A stretch of 64,000 nt of DNA from the human T2T-CHM13v2.0 reference genome, Homo sapiens, in NCBI RefSeq assembly GCF_009914755.1, contig NC_060938.1. One strand, given 5' to 3'. A program made the position numbers and the translations under genes. The notes under the pieces were generated by a model, which had not been told where the DNA came from, did not search any database, and saw only the letters and a list, made by a program, of their open reading frames with translations. Position 1 is the stretch's first letter. The number at the start of each line of letters is the position of its first letter. Below, in pieces: positions 57,472-64,000 of this stretch.

Positions 57472-58406
57472 AGAACAATCCTTTTTTTAAAAAAATTATT
57501 TACCTTCTTTCTAACTTGGCTTTCACTAATTCATTTTTCCTCTCTCATTTTTTTTTTCTATCAGGAAATTATTTCCTCCCATCCCATCTCCTTGAGGAAC
57601 AGGAAGGGCCTTTAATTCTCAGCGGAGCAGTGTTGGAAGGGTCATTGAGGGGAAGAGAGCAGAGCATATGGAACTGTGGGTTTCAAAACCAGCTGCTGGG
57701 CCGCTCTGATTTTGAGTCTGAAGGGTGGATCAAGTGCTCTGTTCATATCTGATCTTATAATTGCTTTTCTTTAGAAGAGCTGCTCTCAGAATTATAAATA
57801 CTCTTCCCTTCATTGCAGTTTAGTTAAGGACATTCTTAAGGAATTGATGTTAGTTTTCCAGCATCTTTGCTGCAGTACTTTATTTGTTTGGGGAAAGGTT
57901 CTTGTTTAGTTAGGTTTCTAGGTCCCCAGGCTTTGATTCTGGCAACAAATGACTAGTTGATATCACAGATAACTATGATTTTTAGAGCTCAGTGTCTGTA
58001 AGCATCTTCTGCATTTTTATAAGCACTACATGGTGGTAGAAGGCATTCTAATTTTCTCTGTATTTGAAGACTTTACTTACTAAGGGCATTAAAATCTTTT
58101 ATTTTATTTTTTTAAAAATTATACAGACCAAGATTTAAAGTTTTTCTTCTCTTAATCTTAGGTGTTTTATTCCTGATTTACTTTTCCCTCCTTACTAAAT
58201 GAAAATGTGGCACTTAAGGCAACTGTTTTCTTGTTAAAGAAGAAGTTGCTTCTCCAGTTCCGGAAAGAAAAACAAACCCAGATTTGCAGCTTTTTTATAT
58301 TTGAAACCCTATTGTACTAAATCTTGCTAGTAAGCAGATAAAAAATTTTCTTCTTTTTGGTTAGCTTTTTCATACCATGTTGTGACTTTAGTTTTCAAAG
58401 ATTTAG

Positions 58407-58689
<283 letters not shown>

Positions 58690-59084
58690 ATATTTTTTAA
58701 TAAAGCCACCATAGAACCATAGCCATTCTTTGTAATAGATTTTCTTTCATGAAGTCTATTTTTTTTGGAGTTGAGGCCAGTAGAAAAAGGAAGATGATAT
58801 TAGATTTTCTGGGGAGAAAATGGTTGTTAGGAATAGACTGCAAAGAAATTTATGACCCCTTTTAAACACCAGAATGTTTTTAAGCTATATATTATTGTAT
58901 AATTATTATATAGTAATATTACTTAATTTTGAGCCCTATAACTTAAAGTATTAGTGTAGAAGTATTAGAAGAGAGACTTTCTTGAAATCATAGTATGTTA
59001 AAGCTTATAAGAGACTGTGGGGATCATATAGTAAGCAATACTGAAATTCTACAGAATAACAGATGGAGGTTTGTTCATTCATTT

Positions 59085-59700
59085 ATTAGTTTATTTACTT
59101 ACCCATTTATTCAACAAATACTGAGTTTTTACTGTTCAGAATACTTGGGGATATTCCTGCCCTTATGGAGCTTATAGTAAATAGATAACAAACATCCCAA
59201 GTAAGTTAAATAGTATGTTAGAAGGTGATACAAGTGAACCGAGATGGAGGAGGGGTAGTGCTTAAGGATTAGTGCTGGTTTGCAGTTTAAAATATGATAG
59301 TTTCCATTGAAAACATGACACTTGAGCAGAGAAGAGAAGAAAATGAGAGTAGACTGTGTGACTATCTGAGGGAAGAGTATCTCAGGGAGAAGGAAGAGCT
59401 GGGGCAAAGGCCAATAGGTGGGAGCATGCCTAGTATACCATGCAAGGAATAGTAATAAGGCCAATGTGATTTCTGGAGGAAGAAGTGGAATGGAGTAATA
59501 GGTGATGAAAATTACTAGGTTTGGGAGGCAGGAGGTGGGTGGGGAACTGACTGGGTTATGTGGGGTGAATGGTTGTAAGGACTTTGGCTTTTACAGGAAT
59601 GAAATGGGAGGAGTGGTGGCAGTGAAGGGTTTTGAGCAGAGTAATAACACAATCTGACTTATGTTTCATCTGAATCATTCTTGCAGCCCTGTTGAGAAGA
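59085..59700 (-). mobile_element. L2 relic
   Basis: TTCATTCATTT..ATTCAACAAATA 3' end and antisense L2 body motifs. Confidence 0.7.
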
Positions 59701-60204
59701 AAGGCTGGGGTGAGGTTGTCAGATTTAGCAAATAACAAATTTGAATTTCAGATAAACAATGAATAATTTTTTAATGCATATGTCCCGTGCAATATTTATT
59801 GATTATTCACACATAAGGCAGAATGTTTACTATGTTTTTTTAAAAAAAAATCATTTAAAAAAGGACCTCTTTAATGTTATTGTTGATTACTGTAGATTAT
59901 TATTATTATGATCCTGCTGGTCCCAAGGCTTAGTAGCAAATTTTCATCTCTCTTTCCTGTATTATCTATATTTCTGTTTTTCACATTGTGGTCATCTTAT
60001 ACCCTGGAGTGCTACATATATAGGTTGTTGGATGGCAGCCCGGACCGAATGAATCAGAATTTCTGGGATGTAATAGGGAATCTCTGTAACTACCTACTCT
60101 TCTAGGTTCTGGGTATATAGTAGTGAACAAAGCATGCAAAAATCCTTACCCTCATGGGATTTACATTCTAGTAGAGGAGATAGTAAACAATAGGTAAATA
60201 CATT

Positions 60205-60854
<650 letters not shown>

Positions 60855-61364
60855 CTAATATAGATACTAAGAAGAAAGAAAAAGCAGGGTGGGGAATAGG
60901 AAATGTGTAGTGTTGTGGTAAGGGAGTTGCAATTTTAGATAGCCTGGCCAGTGAATGCCTTACTATATGGTTATGTTTAAATCAAGACTTAAAGGAAGTG
61001 AGTAAGAGACCAGGTGGATACTTGGGGGAATAGGATTTCTGGTTGAGGGAATAGCAACTGCAAAACTCCTAAGTCTGGAGTGTTCCTTGTGTGTTTAAGA
61101 AGCTGCAAGACAGTAATATGTATGGAATAGATTAGAAAAGGGGAGAGTAGGAGATGAGGTGAAAGAGGTATGGTAAGTGGCTGGTGATTGTTGATTAGTG
61201 TTTAGGCTTCATGATACACTGGAGAGAGACTTGGGATCCTAGGCCCAGGAATGGCATTATCTCTGGGCCTTAGTTTCTTTTATCACTAAAAATTAGAAGA
61301 CTAAGATGATCTCTTAGGTTTCTTCCTACTCAAAAATAGAGTCTTTAATTTGAAATTGATTATT

Positions 61365-61655
61365 GGCCAGGTGTGGTGGCTTACACCTGTAATCCCAGCA
61401 CTTTGGGAGGTCGAGGCAGGAGGATCACTTGAGCCCCAGAGTTTGAGACCAGCTGGGGCAACGTGGTGAAACCCTGTCCCTACAAAAAACGAAAAAAAAT
61501 TAGCTAGGCATGGTGGCCAGTGCCTGTAGTCCTAGTTACTCAAGACACTGAGGCGGGAGGATTGTTGCTTGAGCCAGGAAGGTCAAGGCCCCTATTGCCC
61601 TACTGCACTCTAGCATGGGCGACAGAGCAAGACCGTCTGAAAAAACAACCAAAAA
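61365..61655 (+). mobile_element. Alu (J-like)
   Basis: Diverged dimer. Confidence 0.9.
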
Positions 61656-63134
61656 GAAATCTGCCATTTATCTTGCATTTCTATTTTGTACCTCTTTTGA
61701 GAGCAGTTATAAATATTTTATCATTTGGGATTCTTCTGTACTTTTCATGAGCTCCTCTCAGGTTGTGTTCCAACTAGCCAGGTGATTTTTTTTTTCTTTT
61801 ATGCTGCTGTGTTTTCTCTTTTTTCCTGATTGAACTTGAAGATTTAGACAGTCCTTTGATAAACAGCAGGAAATTGTTCTCTTATCACCTTGTTAACCAT
61901 TAGCTCTTCTGACAATCAGATTCTTATTTAATCTTAGCTAATAGAATTTGGAAACATATATTTTTCTCTACTAAGAGATTGAAATTCTTATGATTGGCAG
62001 CTTGACATAAAGCTAGGCAGAAAGAGAAGAAAGAAGAGGCTTGAATAATTTCTAAATTGAATAAACACCAACTGCCAGTCCGAGATTAAACTGAATATAA
62101 TATACAGGGAATCATGGGAGTCTTAGCTGGGTACTTCTGTAGAAGTACAACTTTTAGGTAGGTCTTATTTAGAAATAATTGGGTGGGAACGTTCTAAGAT
62201 GTTGTTTTGATGGGTTCTATTAGCAGAAGACATGGATAAAAGGAACATATCATGAAGCTTTACAATCTTATTTAGTATAAATTGCATTGGAAGAACAAAG
62301 CAGTATCAAAACTGTGGTTCGTGTCTTTGAAATCCAACACACAAAAATAAGACGTGTAGGCTCTCAAATTGCAGCTTTCTTGCAGTAGTAGTGAAACAGT
62401 ATAATTACTCTTGAATAATTCTGCCACCTTTTACAACTTCCACAGGGTGTTACAAATTATAAACAAATCCAAAAAACTAATTGTTATCTTGGGGTTTGAT
62501 CTATCTTGTTTTATGTCATCTGCTAGATTTTGAAATCTGTAGGAGAGTCAGAAAAAGAGTATATTGTTAGATACCAACATTAGGTTAAGTTTATGGTGAC
62601 ATTAAAGATGACAATCAGACTTTACAATAGTAAGTTTACAGTTATTTTTGCTAATAGTAATTTTTTTTATCTGTTGTGTATTTGGTAGCTTTTGTAGCAA
62701 ATATTCGTTTGAATCTGGCTGAAATTGAAGAAAATCCTAAATGGAGCTTTCTTGAGTAAATAAAATTATTATAGAAGGAGTAAGTTGGAAAGGATTCATA
62801 AAACTTAGCTGGCTGGACACCCAGCTGCATACATTTATTTATAGGCTTTTACCTTGCTCATTTATTTTTCTAACAGTGTAAAACTGGAAGTTTAAAGTGA
62901 AAGACTATTTACATACTTAAAATAGGAGCCTATTTAAAAATAACGGAGTCAATTATGAAAAACAAATGAAGTTTATTTGGCACCTTTTGAACATTACTGA
63001 ATTCTAGACTTGAAAATCTGTTTAAATTTATTTTTATAGCAATGGTAACTGTACTGGTCTGGTAGCTGTGCCAATTCTAAGTATAATATGCTTTAATTAA
63101 TGTATGCTTTGGTGTTTCTGTTAATGGACACTGA

Positions 63135-63432
<298 letters not shown>

Positions 63433-63687
63433 TGGACACTGATTTTATTCATGATAAATAAAATCTAAGCAAGACATCCTAATTTAGTTCCAGTAAAATA
63501 GTCTGAAAAGAGTGCTTTTTAATTTTTAAAATCTAGCCAATTAAGGATGAGAGAGTAAATCTTTACTGAGATAGCTCCTCTGACGCTGAGATGACTGGCC
63601 TGCGTGCTCTTGGTGCTAACAAAATTACATTGTTGAATGACTGAATAGCTTCATCATGAAAAACTTTGCTCTCTAAATTGAATGTTG

Positions 63688-63890
63688 GCTAACTATGACA
63701 TGTGGACCAAATCCTGCCGTTTTTTGTGAAGTTTTATTGGAACACAGCCATGTTAATTTATTTACATATTGTTTATGGCTGCCTTGATGCTACAATGGTA
63801 ATGTTGAGTAGTTACCATAGAGATCATATGATCCTCAACGTCTGAAATATTTACTGTTAGCCCTTTAAGAATAAGTGTGCTCTGTATCTA
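63688..63890. mobile_element. MER58-like hAT MITE
   Basis: AAGTTTTATTGGAACACAGCCATG and AAATATTTACT..GCCCTTTA motifs. Confidence 0.75.
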
Positions 63891-64000
63891 AGTTTTTGGA
63901 GTTAGATCGTGTTAAAGTTCTGTTGGAGGTTTATGAGGTTAGCATTTTCATGTTTAATTTCCCATTCTACTTCATTTTAAGAAAGAATACTTTAAATGGT

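Overview
Hominid genomic DNA, most likely human 14q12. It is repeat-dense and contains the 5' end of NUBPL (IND1, the mitochondrial Mrp/Nbp35-family P-loop NTPase needed for complex I assembly) on the + strand: a CpG-rich promoter with a palindromic CRE, coding exons 1-3 (28672-28779, 29300-29447, 32244-32278) and then intron 3 to the end of the window. A 5'-truncated antisense SVA with a perfect 17-bp TSD sits about 1.2 kb upstream of the ATG. Most other sequence is Alu, old L1, L2/MIR, MaLR/ERV LTR and DNA-transposon relics; family names are from memory of consensus sequences, not a RepeatMasker run. The main unexplained signal lies upstream (about 1.9-24 kb). There the few repeat-free islands are bounded by + strand AG/GT splice signals, carry long protein-like reading frames broken by scattered stops and frameshifts, and three neighbouring pairs join in compatible phase. 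This looks like a decayed multi-exon gene (candidate unitary pseudogene) whose identity I cannot recognise. Smaller structural oddities are a perfect 45-bp palindrome, a 124-bp local inverted duplication, an Alu-associated deletion in an L1, and a MER75 piggyBac relic with an intact 49-codon PGBD4-like mini-ORF.
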